Positions 45,812 to 60,783 of a stretch of 64,000 bases of DNA are shown here, piece by piece (positions within the stretch are counted from its first letter, which is position 1; every line of letters starts with the position of its first letter). The position numbers were made by a program, and so were the translations under genes. Source of the DNA: Eledone cirrhosa. Lineage: Eukaryota. The notes beneath the pieces are model-generated. The model saw nothing but the letters and a program-made list of their open reading frames with translations, was not told where the DNA came from and made no database searches. The stretch is from assembly GCA_964016885.1 (NCBI GenBank), contig OZ024761.1, positions 27,218,001-27,282,000 of the forward strand. Reading direction: 5' to 3'.

Positions 45812-46060
45812 CCATTCTAAGGGAGATTTAGTCGAGGGACAACAACTCCCCCTTTTTCATATCTTTATCTATGTGCCTAAATGAAGGGCATTTTTAAAAG
45901 TACCTCCTCCATTATAAGGTTGTGAGCATGGCTGGACTCCGAAACCAATGAAAGTACATATATGTTCAGTGTATAAAACTTTGTTCATATTAAATAAGCT
46001 CTCTTCCAACAGATTCAGCACTGTTCTCCTTGATCTTTCATCTACGGATTTCTACCAACG

Positions 46061-46097
<37 letters not shown>

Positions 46098-46155
46098 GAC
46101 CTTATTTAGTATGACCCAAGTTTCATACACACACATACACACACACACACAGACA

Positions 46156-46213
<58 letters not shown>

Positions 46214-46218
<5 letters not shown>

Positions 46219-46305
46219 GGTGTCTCCCCAAAATGTGCACACACTTCAACAGCATTCAAAAAATATTGCCTAAAGTGTGTATACATATCAGGACACCAAT
46301 ATTAA
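46214..46305. mobile_element. Tc1/mariner-like terminal fragment
   Basis: TA|CAGGGTGTCTCCCCAAAATGTGCACACACTT resembles Tc1-type TIRs. No partner end found. Confidence 0.5.
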
Positions 46306-46316
46306 TATATGTTATA

Positions 46317-47316
46317 CTAGCCGAATTATCCGCGCCTTGCTGCGTTTCACACATTTTTTTTGTAAGAAAATGTTGATTGATTTTAAATCAGTGATATAAT
46401 TTATGGAGAAAAACTCTGCATTTCAATATTACTCAATGTAAAATGTAATGCATGAAAAATTGGAAAACATTATATCAAATCAAAATTACATTATTAAATC
46501 TTATTCTTATTTTGTTTCTTGTAAATAATCTTTTTCAAAATATCAATTCAAAATTTGATCATTTCATTTTTGTGTAAAGCATTATTTTCAAATTAGAAAT
46601 TCAAAGTTTAATTATTTATTTTTTAACATAATAAATACATGAAAATATATTTCATACTTTGTCCTCATGAAGAACTTCAGGGTAAACAACATTTCTTGTC
46701 TTTCTTTGATTGGCTAAAGTGTAGAGACATTTTGAAGTTCCAGTCCTTGAAACAGCCACATAAAATATGCCATGACTGTAACATGGGTTTGTCAGATCTA
46801 TACCAATAGTTCTGTAAGTTTGACCTTGATTCTTATTGACGCTCATGGCAAAGAATGGCCTCGCTGGGACTGCAGCTCTCTTAAATGTAAAAGGCAACTC
46901 GCTATCACTCGGTATAAGTGGAATCCTCGGAATGTGAAGAGCTTGACCTTTGTAAGCCCGAATATAATGGTTGCTTCAATCAAGTACTCATGCAATCTTG
47001 TTACAACACATCTTGTTCCAATTATTTGGCCAAAACTTTCACTCTCGGGGGCTTAACCCCCATTAGGGTGTCTTAATATTATTGAAATTTGCTGAAATTT
47101 TGTGAATATGCATCATATCTTGTCATTTACCTATGGTTTACATTTCATATCAATTTCATATAAATTTCACATAAAAAAGTTTTCAGCAGGGGTTTGTGAC
47201 TCCGGGAAACCCTTTGATTAAAATGAAATATACTTATCAGAATATATATGGTTATGGGAGTCTATCTCCAAAACCATAGGACGAGTTCGTGAACAAACAA
47301 ACAGACAGGAACTACA

Positions 47317-47330
<14 letters not shown>
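46317..47330 (-). mobile_element. Internally deleted Helitron retaining the PIF1-helicase C-terminus
   Basis: 46652-47022 minus reads GTRCVVTRL...IPRIPLIPSDSELPFTFKR...FAMSVNKNQGQT...SHGIFYVAVSR...TRNVVYPEVL. 3' end is GC-rich CGCAGCAAGGCGCG...CTAG|T. 5' end TATATATAAAGTTGTAGTTCCTGTCTGTTTGTTTG merges into (TA)n. Confidence 0.88.
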
Positions 47331-47379
<49 letters not shown>

Positions 47380-47657
47380 TAATATATATGTATATATAGC
47401 TTAAATTCTCCTGTAGGAAAACAATATAGAATGGAAACGTCTGATGTAAAGACAGAACGACTGACAGAGTGACAGACAGTTAAACAAAGCGGTAAATAGA
47501 TATAAGGTGACATATTTCATCAACAAATTTACTCAAACAGGATTATTTAAATTAAGTGTAGCTACTAATGGTAATTTTCATATCCCACAATTAATAGCAA
47601 AACACTACAGTGTCATGTGTGTCACCAATGGAAGCAAATGGCTGAGTTGTGTGTATG

Positions 47658-47688
<31 letters not shown>

Positions 47689-47708
47689 ATTATGTGTATG
47701 TATGTATG

Positions 47709-47766
<58 letters not shown>

Positions 47767-47819
47767 AAGAAAATGCGAAGTAGTTTCAGATGTATATATA
47801 TACATGTATATATATGTAT

Positions 47820-47899
<80 letters not shown>

Positions 47900-47909
47900 A
47901 TATATATAT

Positions 47910-48123
47910 ATTAGAAAATATATAGCTTTCACCGTATTTTTAACTAAAGGAATTTTAGCTTGATAACGGGGTTTACAACCCTCAGATAAATGGAAAAAGA
48001 TGAGTATTGACGTACATGTACGTCAATACTCATCTTTTTCCATTTATCTGAGGGTTGTAAACCCCGTTATCAAGCTAAAATTCCTTTAGTTAAAAATACG
48101 GTGAAAGCTATATATTTTCTAAT
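47910..48123. repeat. 214-bp perfect spacerless palindrome
   Basis: 107-bp arms centred on GACGTACA|TGTACGTC (48016/48017), between (AT)n tracts. Confidence 0.92.
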
Positions 48124-48218
48124 TTCAAAACTCGCTCACAATTTCAAAACATACTTACTATATATATATATGTATATATATATAAATATATATATATATA
48201 TAAATATATATATATATG

Positions 48219-48250
<32 letters not shown>

Positions 48251-48263
48251 AATATATATATAT

Positions 48264-48407
<144 letters not shown>

Positions 48408-48427
48408 ATATACATATATATATATAT

Positions 48428-48503
<76 letters not shown>

Positions 48504-48553
48504 ATATACATATATATATATATATACATGTATATATACATATATATATATAT

Positions 48554-48613
<60 letters not shown>

Positions 48614-48711
48614 ATATATATAAATATATATATATATACATGTATAAATATATATAAACATATATATGATAAAGAACACAAGAGCGTCTACAACATCAAA
48701 AGATTTTTATT

Positions 48712-48758
48712 GGCTTACAATGTTTCTTCCTTACGTAACCGTAGGATTCGTCAGTGCT
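48712..48758 (-). ncRNA. Hammerhead-like motif
   Basis: Reverse complement: GCA CTGACGA A TCCTACG gtta CGTAAGGA A GAAA CATTG TA AGC. Confidence 0.55.
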
Positions 48759-48909
48759 ATAAGAGGGGTTTGATTGGTGTTATGGACTCTACCAACCAAA
48801 CATTCAAGAACAAAGAGTAAAGAGAGTAAAGAGCAAAAGCAGGGGACGATAAGTCTAATTTTGGTGCGGGAGGGTGGGGTGTGGGTCCTTGTTTACTAGC
48901 TGTATAAAC

Positions 48910-48955
<46 letters not shown>

Positions 48956-49130
48956 TATATACCTACACATTTGCATATATGTAAATATATACAAATATAC
49001 ATATGCATATATACATGTATAAAGAATTGGTATATCTACCAACATATATATACAGATGCATACCTATGCTAGCAAATATATAGGTTTGTAAGTTAATTTT
49101 TATAATTTTCTTATTTTACGTCTTTCATAT

Positions 49131-49182
<52 letters not shown>

Positions 49183-49403
49183 ACACATATACATATATGT
49201 AAATATATACAAATATATATATGCATATATATATATATATATATATATATACATTATACACACCCACCCATATATATATAACACAAGGAAGGAGTAATTA
49301 TAATGTTGTATCAAATACGTACAGACTCAAAGGTACCTGTGTAATTTATACACAAACAATTCACACACACACATATATATATATATATATGCATATTGAT
49401 ATA

Positions 49404-49508
<105 letters not shown>

Positions 49509-49529
49509 ATATATATATATATATATATG

Positions 49530-49894
<365 letters not shown>

Positions 49895-49918
49895 ATATAT
49901 ATATATATATATATAGAC

Positions 49919-49987
<69 letters not shown>

Positions 49988-50262
49988 TATATATATATGG
50001 TATGTAAATATATATTATAAGCACACAAGCAGGTTGTAACAGTCTATATGATTACGCATGTGTGACTAAGTGTATCTGTGTGTAAGTGAATGTATTTGTA
50101 TGTATGGAACAGTCGGCAACAGAAATGTCCAGATTTGTAGTTGGGTATGCAATTAATTAAATATTGTGTTGTGTTTTCTCTGGCTTCCAAACATTGTTGG
50201 TGGTTGTTGCTGTCTGTTTTACGTTTCTTCAGTCACTAGCCATTAACTCTGTTGTCTAAAAG

Positions 50263-50295
<33 letters not shown>

Positions 50296-50345
50296 GCGCG
50301 CCTCTACACACATATATATATATATATACACAAAAATAATGTTGC

Positions 50346-50384
<39 letters not shown>

Positions 50385-50385
<1 letters not shown>

Positions 50386-50463
50386 TGGGTCGTCAAGTAT
50401 GAAATTTGTAGAAATCTGCTGTTTTTCTATAATTTTCTACAAATGTCATACTTGACGACCCAA
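50385..50463. mobile_element. 79-bp MITE-like hairpin with mariner-type TIRs
   Basis: TA|TTGGGTCGTCAAGTATGAAATTTGTAGAAA ... TTTCTACAAATGTCATACTTGACGACCCAA|TA. Confidence 0.7.
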
Positions 50464-50694
50464 TATATATCGTATGCATATATAGTTCGCCAACATACAT
50501 ATATTGTTACATCTGGTGTACACACACGGGCACACACACACACGCATATGTATACACACACACATACACACACACACATATATATATATATATATCTTGT
50601 ACATATATCTCTCGCCAACATACATATATTGTTATATCTCGTGTACACATACACAGGCACAGACGCACACACACACACACACACACAGACACAG

Positions 50695-50728
<34 letters not shown>

Positions 50729-50822
50729 CCCATGTACACATATACATATGTATTTATGTCTTGTATCCCATGTACACATATACATATATATATATATCTT
50801 GTATCTGTATATATATATACAC

Positions 50823-51060
<238 letters not shown>

Positions 51061-51935
51061 AGGATGAATATAAAATGAAAGTGCTTTTGTTAAAAAAGGA
51101 ATTTATTAGGTATTGACATATGAACAGACCGAATACCTATGTATCGCTGCTTGCGTAATCATATAATGTTAGCAAGTATTCGATAGCAAATGTATAATCA
51201 GTTGTCACTTCTTCAGAGATTTTGGATAAACTGGATAAAATCAGAAAAATTGAAGTATTTATATTAGTAAAAGAGGAAGGAACAGAGGGGATAGAAAATG
51301 ACAGATGGTAAAATAATTTACTGCTAAACAAGTATATAATGGGTTTTTAATGAGAATACCATGAGTAAATCTAAATAAGAATGTTGGGAGTGCCAATTTT
51401 AATCTCTACTTGACCAACTGGACAGTGGACAGGGCTGGTCATTTGGTGCAGTAGTATTAATTATAAAGTGTCAATTGGGGAAGGGGGAGATTTCGATTGC
51501 TACTAAATAACATCAATGCTAGTAGCCAGCTGGTATATGCACTAGGGAATTGAATCAAGAAATCAGAAATCTCATTTTATCTATAGCAGTTTGTATTAAA
51601 AGGTAAATAATAGAAGAGTTGATAGAATTAAGACTAATAAAGAATGTTCATATCTATTTTGACAATCAAACGGGGATAGAGACAGGCGTTCAATCCTGGT
51701 AGTATTTATAATATGAAAATGTAGATTTTAAGCGATGGTTACAGTATAACGATCGCTCTATTCTGTTATTTAATAAAATGTTTTTGGATTTCATAATACA
51801 AAATAATTTTACATTACATAATTTACAAAATTCCTGTCCATTGGAATAGGGGGGGGGGGGGGGCAGTCGCTATTATATCCCATTTTAGGTGAAATTGTTG
51901 GTTATTTTCACGCAGCTGCATTATTGATAACCTGA

Positions 51936-51989
<54 letters not shown>

Positions 51990-52227
51990 CTGTAAAAGCT
52001 AAACAGAAATAACAACACAACCGGTACAGTATATGGAAGGGATATATTAGGCTAACGCTTGATATAGCAGGAAGAGGGTCTTAACGCTTCGGACGCTAGT
52101 CCTTCATCAGAAGAAAGAATGAGAAATAAGATAGATTGAGGGGACGGGCAGGATGGAATTGGAAAAATATATCCTGTGTAAACATATATATATATATATA
52201 TATAATATATATATGTATTATATATAT

Positions 52228-52259
<32 letters not shown>

Positions 52260-52266
52260 ATATATA

Positions 52267-52340
<74 letters not shown>

Positions 52341-52460
52341 TATAATATATATATATAATATATATATAATATATATATATAATATATATATAATATATAT
52401 ATATAATATATATATATAATATATATATAATATATATATATAATATATATATAATATATA

Positions 52461-52521
<61 letters not shown>

Positions 52522-52571
52522 ATGAATGACGTAAAATAAGAGAATTATGAAAATTGACTTACTAAAATTTC

Positions 52572-52652
52572 ACTCCAACTAATTAGTTTCTGTAAGGGAA
52601 TAAATATGGTTACGTAACGTAATCATAGAGAAACCTTACGTCATCAGGGAGT
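52572..52652 (-). ncRNA. Type I hammerhead motif with long loop II
   Basis: Reverse complement: ACTCC CTGATGA C GTAAGG ... CCTTAC A GAAA CTAATTAG TT GGAGT. Stem I of 5 bp; palindromic stem III. Confidence 0.7.
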
Positions 52653-52782
52653 CTATTCTCAGCTAAGTTCCTAGGCAATGCGTGGACACAGGGAACTCAT
52701 ATAAAAATAATTCAGTGGATGGAAAATATATTTGCTAGCATGGGTATGCATCTGTATACATATGTTGGTAGATATACTAATT

Positions 52783-52858
<76 letters not shown>

Positions 52859-52979
52859 TATATGAATCAAAGCTCAGTTTAAATCATTTATTTGCTTACA
52901 ATTGTTTCCTCCAAACCGAGGTTTGGATTCTTCGGAGCAACTATTAAGTGATTTTTACATACTTGACCTCCTTTTCAAC

Positions 52980-53643
52980 ACTTGTAATTTCCTAACTAGT
53001 TGTGTTCTTTCTGTTCCTGTGAAGCCTAGCTTCTCAAGATTTGTATTGAGGCAGTTACTAACATATCCCAGTGCCCCAATAATCACAGGCATAAATCTGA
53101 AGGTGTAATGAGGGTGGAGTATCTGCAGATTTCTCATCAGTTCTGCATATGTATGTATGTACGTACGTATGTATGTATGTATGTATGTATGTATGTATGT
53201 ATGTATGTATGTATGTATGTATGTATGTATGTATGTATGTATGTATGTATGTATGTACGTATGTACGTACGTACGTACGTATGTACGTACGTACGTACGT
53301 ACGTACGTACGTATGTACGTACGTATATATGTATGTATGTATGTATGTTCTACTGGATTTATAATTTCACAAATTTTTGCCAATAGAGAGAGAGTCGGTT
53401 TCTAACATAGACACAAGACTCTCTCATCGGAATTTACACAACAGCAACTAGGTAGATATGTCTGCATGTCTGCATGTGTATGCAGATATGGATGTTATCA
53501 TATGTGGATGTTTTGAGTTGAATGTGTGCATGTGCATACACTTTGTATCTGTACATGTGTATATGCAGTTATTAGATGCATAACCTTTGGAATGTTTTAC
53601 ATATTTTTACTGTTCCATTAATGGATTGTACTTGTAATTTCCT
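52980..53643 (-). mobile_element. R4/Dong-like (restriction-like endonuclease) non-LTR element, 3' fragments around (CATA)n
   Basis: YAELMRNLQILHPHYTFRFMPVIIGALGYVSNCLNTNLEKLGF...RKLQV and RKLQVQSINGTVKICKTFQR, plus a 3' UTR ending CCAGTAGAA-(CATA)n. Confidence 0.75.
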
Positions 53644-54028
53644 TATGTATGTATGTATGTATGTATGTATGTATGTATGTATGTATGTATGTATGTATGT
53701 ATGTATGTATGTATGTATGTGTGTATATGTATCTATGAATGTATGTATGTGTGTAAGGACATGTGTAAGTATGTATGTATGTATGTATGTATGTATGTAT
53801 GTATGTATGTATGTATATATGTATACATACATACATACACACACATACGTACTTACACACATACATTCATAGATACATATACACACATACATACATACAT
53901 AAGTGTATGTATGTATGCGTGTAAGTACGTATGTATATGTGTAAGTGTGTATGTATGTATGTATGTATATATGTGTATGTATGTATGCGTATAAGTACGT
54001 ATGTATAAGTGTAAGTGTCTATGTATGT

Positions 54029-55428
54029 ATCAGATTGTAACGAAAATTATGTTTGTTCTTTAAGGCCCAATAAAACAATAAAGACACAATATCAGATGTA
54101 TTTAATCGTTAATGTAGTCACCATTCTCCTCTATGACCTCTGTCCATCTGCCACTAAGCTTTTTTAATGCCACGTTCATACCGTTCTTTAGGTTTTGAAC
54201 TAAAAAAGTAAACCAACTCATTTCCAACTTCTTCTCTTGAAGGAAGTCTTAACTCACTCCAATGTTTTTGCAAACTTCTAAAGAAATGTTAATCTGTTGT
54301 TGCCCGGTCCGGGGAATGTGGTGGGTGAAGCAAAATTTCCCAGGCATATTTTTCTAGGAGATCTTTGATCTTTTGTGCAGTGTGAGGTCTAGCATTATCA
54401 CGATGAAGGATGGCTGCTTTTCTATTTGTTAATGATGGACGTTTTTGTTGCAAAGCTGCTTTCAAATATCTGGCAATAGACATTGGCTGTTATTGTTTGA
54501 TTACAGCCTAGCAGCTCGTGATGAATTATTCCTCTCATATCCCACCACACACTCAGAAGAATCTTCCTTGGATGCAACCCACTTCTGGGCTGCTAAGCTG
54601 GCTCTTCACACTGACGTCTTTGATTAACATGGTGGTAAAGTATCCATTTCTCATCTCCAGTACTGACTCTTGTTAAAAGTTAAGGCATTTTCAGATTATG
54701 GGAATGCAATGATGCACAAGAGTCAACATGTTTGCGATTGTCTGCAGAGAGATCATGTGGAACCCATTTACCAACATTTAACCCATTACCAAGTTTTTAC
54801 AGTTCACGATGAATGGTGGTATGGCTGACATCAAACTCTATACTTAGTTCCCGAACTGTAACGACCGGGTCTGCATAAATAGAAGTTTCCAATGCATCAG
54901 AATCCAGTCCTCTTGGGCACCGTTATCTTCATCCTTCAGACCAGTGCTCGTTTCTGAATCGCGAAAACTACCTCCTCTATGTTTTTTCAGCCACTACGCC
55001 ATCTCCATAAGGGTTTCGGAGTGATTTTGCTGCTGCACTTGCACTATTACGTTTTTGAAATTCATAAAGAATTGTTTCTACTTTTGACATAAGGCCAGCA
55101 ATTACCCCAGTGCATTACTGGTGCTTTATTTTATCGACTCCGTAAAGATAAAAGGCAAAGTTAACCTCGCTGGGATTTGAATCCAGATCATAAAGGGGCG
55201 TAACTCTACGCTGCAAAGCATGGCGCCCGACCCTTTACCGATGACGAATGTGTTCTTTACTTGGAGTGAACATGGCACCAATACGACAGCTTCAATAAAA
55301 ACAAATTCTGAAAGAAAATGAAACAATGATTTCGGCATATTCCAAATATAATTGAGAAGTTAGACCTTTAAATCTATCTCGAGATTTACTTTAAAACTAG
55401 AGACAGGACTTTTGTTACAACGTCATAT
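54029..55428 (-). mobile_element. Decayed mariner transposon with a SINE insertion (55072-55242)
   Basis: ILHRDNARPHTA...WEILLHPPHSPDRATTD*HFFRSLQ. Degenerate TIRs TATCAGATTGTAACGAAA and TTTGTTACAACGTCATA. Confidence 0.85.
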
Positions 55429-55672
55429 GTATGTATTATTTAGAAATAACCAAGATTATCTAATTTGTTTTTTGTGTTGACCGGTTTTCACTATCGTTCG
55501 CCTTTCAAACTTTCAGTTTAAAGATTGCATTTATGCTTCAATTGTTTTTAACACGTATCCTTATGTATGTATGTATTTGTATTTGTATTTGTGTGCGTAT
55601 GTATGTATGTATGTATGTATGTATGTATGTATGTATGTATGTATGTATGTATGTATGTATGTATGTATGTAT

Positions 55673-56045
55673 GTTCTTCTGGTTTTATAATTTCACAAAG
55701 TTTTACCAATAGAGAGAGAGTCGGTTTGTAACATAGACACAAGACTCTCTCATTGGAATTTACACAACATCAACTAGGTAGATATGTATGTATGCATGCA
55801 TGTGTAGATATGGATGTTATTGTATGCGTGGATGTGTATGTTTTGAGTTGTATGTGTGCATGTGTATATGCTTTGTATCTGTACATGTGTATATGCAGTT
55901 ATTAGATGCAACATTTTTACTGTTCCATTAATGGATTGTACTTGTAATTTCCTAACTAGTTGTGTTCTTTCTGTTCCTGTGAAGCTTAGCTTCTCAAGAT
56001 TTGTATTGAGGCAGTTACTAACATATCCCAGTGCCCCAACAATCA
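55673..56045 (-). mobile_element. Second R4/Dong-like 3' fragment ending at (CATA)n
   Basis: IVGALGYVSNCLNTNLEKLSFTGTERTQLVRKLQVQSINGTVK plus the same 3' UTR. Confidence 0.75.
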
Positions 56046-56676
56046 TTATTAAGTTGCAACTCCAAGAGAAATGCGATTTATAATTTCGGTTTCTTCTGTA
56101 GCTACAACTGAATAAAGTTTGTTTACCTTCCTTGTTATTTGCCTTCGGTACTTCCTTAATTTTGTTGTTGATGTTGTGTTCAGCCATGCTGTTTGTAAAA
56201 TGAATTATGTATTTAGTCGGATATCTCTACAAATTCGAATAAAAGGTGTCTTCAGAAGATATAGTTAGAAGAATAACCAGTTATTCAACATGACTCTAGT
56301 TGTGGCATTACTGTCGGAGATAGTATTCATCTTAAATTTAATAAATAGTCTCCCACGCCAAAATATGCGACTGATCGCGTTGTATGTATGTATGTATGTA
56401 TGTATGTATGTATGTATGTATGTATGTATGTATGTATGTATGTATGTATGTATGTATGTATGTATGCATATACACACATATGTATATGTATATATTTAAA
56501 CTTATATGAATGATGAAACGCGCGTTTCATCGGTTCTTTTCGCAAAATATCAGATACTTTCAAATATTTAAAATATTTCATTAGCCTTGTCGAGATTGAT
56601 GTATGGAAAGTTTCTTGAAGATGCACACATGAAACTTCATGGTGCAAGATAATATTACAACACAGAGAGATAATGT

Positions 56677-56771
<95 letters not shown>

Positions 56772-56852
56772 CTGATATAATGTCCTCAAATCTACAGCAG
56801 TTGATTGAATTATCGTTCATTGTTACACTCTCTCTCTCCCTCTCTCTTTCTT

Positions 56853-56901
<49 letters not shown>

Positions 56902-56930
56902 GGTTTATTTGGTATATATATATATGTATA

Positions 56931-56978
<48 letters not shown>

Positions 56979-57004
56979 TAGATATATATAGTGGTATTGT
57001 GATC

Positions 57005-57215
57005 TAGTGGCTAGAGAATTTGATTCGCAATCCTGAGGCTGTGAGTTCATTCAGCTGTAGGAATGAACTGCGATGTCACTGGTCCTAGGCTGTATCGATT
57101 TTTCCTTTGGACAACATCGGTGGAAAGGGGAGACTGGTATGCACGGGCTGGTATGAGGGTCTTCCATAAAAACAACGTTGCCCAGACTTGTGCCTCGGAA
57201 GGGAAATTTTACCCT
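57005..57215 (+). mobile_element. Decayed tRNA-derived SINE (different family)
   Basis: GTGATCTAGTGGCTAGAG...TCGCAATCCTGAGGCTGTGAGTTC head; CCATAAAACAACGTTGCCCAGACTTGTGCCTCGG body. Confidence 0.55.
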
Positions 57216-57700
57216 TAAAGAATATAGAAAGTATCTGAAATACCTGAAATACGTGATGAGGGTACAATAATGTCAGAAATACATCTAGATACTCTCTGAC
57301 AATTTCCTCTCTGTTTGGAGCTATATTTGGTAGTGCTTATACTTCACACTTCGTTTTTCTCATAGCTAAGTCTTCTAATTGAAAAGTGGTAGTTATATCT
57401 ACATTAAATTTACCTTAAAATATTCCAATATACGCCGTGTTCTGGCATAAGTATTTATTATTTATTTAATTACGTCGCCAAACCTATGCCCGACATGCAA
57501 ATTTCACTGGCTTGTTGAGTCTAATTAGAAGCATAAGCTTCCTATTCCCAATAGTGGTGGTTATATATGAATCATGTTTGCTCTAAAATATTTATATATG
57601 TACACATATGTATGTATGTTATCTCTTTCTCTTAATTTCAAGTATATTCTTTTTGACCGGCCACCTTCCTGGTGGCAAGGTTGTAAAAGAAAAGAAATTG

Positions 57701-57910
57701 TCATCCCTTGAATCGCAAGAATGTTTTGCAAATGTTGAAGGTGCCAGCTATCGCAGTCATTTGTAGACTATGAATTAGGGAGCTGCGCTTTTTGTCCGCA
57801 AATCCAAGTTCAGTCATACTTTGGTCCAAGCGGGTTGGTATGTAACCCGTAGCTCCAATAATGATGGGTATGAAGCTAAAGGTGTATCTTGGATACTGGA
57901 TTGGCATGAC
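57701..57910 (-). mobile_element. Related RLE-type non-LTR C-terminal fragment
   Basis: YPRYTFSFIPIIIGATGYIPTRLDQSMTELGF...LQMTAIAGTFNICKTFLRF. Confidence 0.7.
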
Positions 57911-58025
57911 TACTGAACATCTTGTCAACACTGTTGTGAAAGAGATATGTAGAGGAGAGGATATCATTTTCTTGTCAACGTTATCACAAATGGTTTTTGA
58001 CATGAACTTATATTTTTGTTTAATT

Positions 58026-58116
<91 letters not shown>

Positions 58117-58457
58117 CAATGGATGAATGTGAGGTTTTTGGATTGAGTGTGTATTAATTTCATCTTTGAAAAGTGTTCAGTCCCTTCAGTAGGACACGTG
58201 ATTAATTTGGTGTTTTCCAAACTGAGAATTGATGAACAACGGAACGAACTGTAAGCTTATTGGACCATCAACAACAGCAGCAACAACAGCAACAACAGCA
58301 ACAACTGCAACAACAGCAACAACAGCAACAACAGCAACAATAGCAGCAACAACAGCAGCAGCAACAACAGGAACAACAGCAACAGCAACAGCCATTTTTA
58401 ATCAGTTAAAGTTCCGAACTGTACGCATTGCACACACGGAGGCAACAACAACCCCTT

Positions 58458-58499
<42 letters not shown>

Positions 58500-58612
58500 G
58501 TGTGTTTGTGTATGTGTATGTATATATGTACATATACGTATATATGTGTGTATATGTACGTACATTTATATATGTATGTGTGTATGTATGTGTATATATA
58601 TGTACATATATG

Positions 58613-58750
<138 letters not shown>

Positions 58751-58867
58751 TATTTATATCTACACATATATACATATATATTTATATCTACACATATATA
58801 CATATAGATACATATATATACATATAGATACATATATATATATACATATATATATACATATATATAC

Positions 58868-58936
<69 letters not shown>

Positions 58937-58975
58937 TATACATTTTTATATATATATATAGATACATATATATAC

Positions 58976-59012
<37 letters not shown>

Positions 59013-59025
59013 TACATATATATAC

Positions 59026-59071
<46 letters not shown>

Positions 59072-59432
59072 ACATTTATATATATATATGTATATATATA
59101 TATATGTATGTATATATTTATATATATACAGTTACACCCACATGTGTGTGTTTGTCATTTCACTTAAACTAACAACGATGATATATGGAACTACACGAAA
59201 CACCAGGTATGCAAATGATATCTTGGTGAACACACACACACATACACACACATGCACACACATGCACACACACACACATACACACACATGCACACACATG
59301 CACACACACACACACACACACACGCACGCATGCGCACACATATATATAAATGATAGGGTTAGTGTATAATGACGTGACATAGTATTAACCGTAGCCTTTG
59401 GCGTCTGAGAGTCTCGGTTGACAGAAGTGTGT

Positions 59433-59464
<32 letters not shown>

Positions 59465-59702
59465 ATGTATGTACATAATATCTATAATATATATAATATA
59501 TGCGTGTGATATATATGCACAATATATACATACATATATATATATATATGTATGTATATGTATATATGTATATATAATCATATCTTTGTGTGTGTGCATT
59601 TGTAATGTTGGTGTGTATGTATGTGTATATACGAACGAATATCTATCCCTCTCACAGCGTGTGTGTTTGTGCGTATGTGTTTATATGTGTGTGTGTGTGT
59701 GT

Positions 59703-59740
<38 letters not shown>

Positions 59741-59969
59741 CTGTGTGTGTATGTGTGTGCTGCTGTCAGGTGTGCTATTATTGAGATACGTTACTTCGTC
59801 CTCTCATCATTATGGAGGAAAATTAACGTCATTTAATGTTTGAGATTTATGCTACTTTGACAGCCATCTCTAGCATTCATTCTCTTACGGCTATATATCT
59901 ACATAGTAGAATCTAGGCGACTGAGTCACTCTCCGGCAGATCATATTTATTTGTTCTGGTGCTTCTGTC

Positions 59970-60235
59970 GTGGTGGTTCGTGGCCTAGTGGTAAGGGGGT
60001 TGGACTTACGATCATAATTTCGTGGATTCCATCCCTGGTCTGGGTTGCGTGTTGTGTTCTTGAGCAAAACACTTCATTTCACGTTGTTCCAGCATACTCA
60101 GCTGAAAATAAGTACCAGCAATAGCTGGGGGGTATAACCCTGCGATGGACTGGCATTCTGTCCAGGAGGAAGTCTTGTACTCTCAGTCGCTTCATTCCAT
60201 GAAACCGGGATAAGCACCGGTCTAACGAACTTTAA
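59970..60235 (+). mobile_element. tRNA-derived SINE with V-domain-like core
   Basis: TGGCCTAGTGGTAAGG head; AACCCTGCGATGGACTGGCATTCTGTCCAGG; GAAACCGGGATAAGC. Confidence 0.75.
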
Positions 60236-60244
60236 CTGGCTTAA

Positions 60245-60475
60245 GACATTGTGCTGGTAATGGTAGACTTGAGAGATTCTATAGTGTTGTGAGGGTGATA
60301 ATTGGCCTCTCTTTCAACTAAGCCCCATACTTAATAGAGCTAGAGGATTGAGGTCTGGTGAGATAGGAGGCCATGTGTCAGGAAGAGCAGGGTCATTGAG
60401 ATTTACATGCATCCGTGCTTGTGTCGTTTTGCCCTTAAAAAAGGGCGCAGAGTCTTGTTGGTAGACGAAGGGTCA
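60245..60475 (-). mobile_element. DD37D-type (maT-like) Tc1/mariner transposase fragment
   Basis: Homologous to 63449-63680. FVYQQDSAP...WPPISPDLNPL. Confidence 0.8.
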
Positions 60476-60619
60476 TTTTTTTTTTAGACTTAGGTGTTTC
60501 TACCCTTTTTAGACTTAGGTATTTCTTGCCGCGTTCAACTTTGCTTTTACTTGCTTCTGCATAACTTCATAGTAAAATCCATATATATATATATATATAA
60601 AATATTTACGTATCGAGAG

Positions 60620-60783
60620 ATAATATAGTAGTAGATCCGTACGGATGGTCAATAATGACGGCAACAATGTATATATTCAGTAATCCTGGTATAAATGGTT
60701 ACCAATTCCTGGAATATAAAAGTGAACATAGGTTCAGCACTGTTGCCGTCATTATTGACCATACGGCTCCACTACTATATTAT
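60620..60783. repeat. Inverted repeat with about 45-bp arms next to (AT)n
   Basis: ATAATATAGTAG...ATGGTCAATAATGACGGCAACA and TGTTGCCGTCATTATTGACCAT...CTACTATATTAT. Confidence 0.8.
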
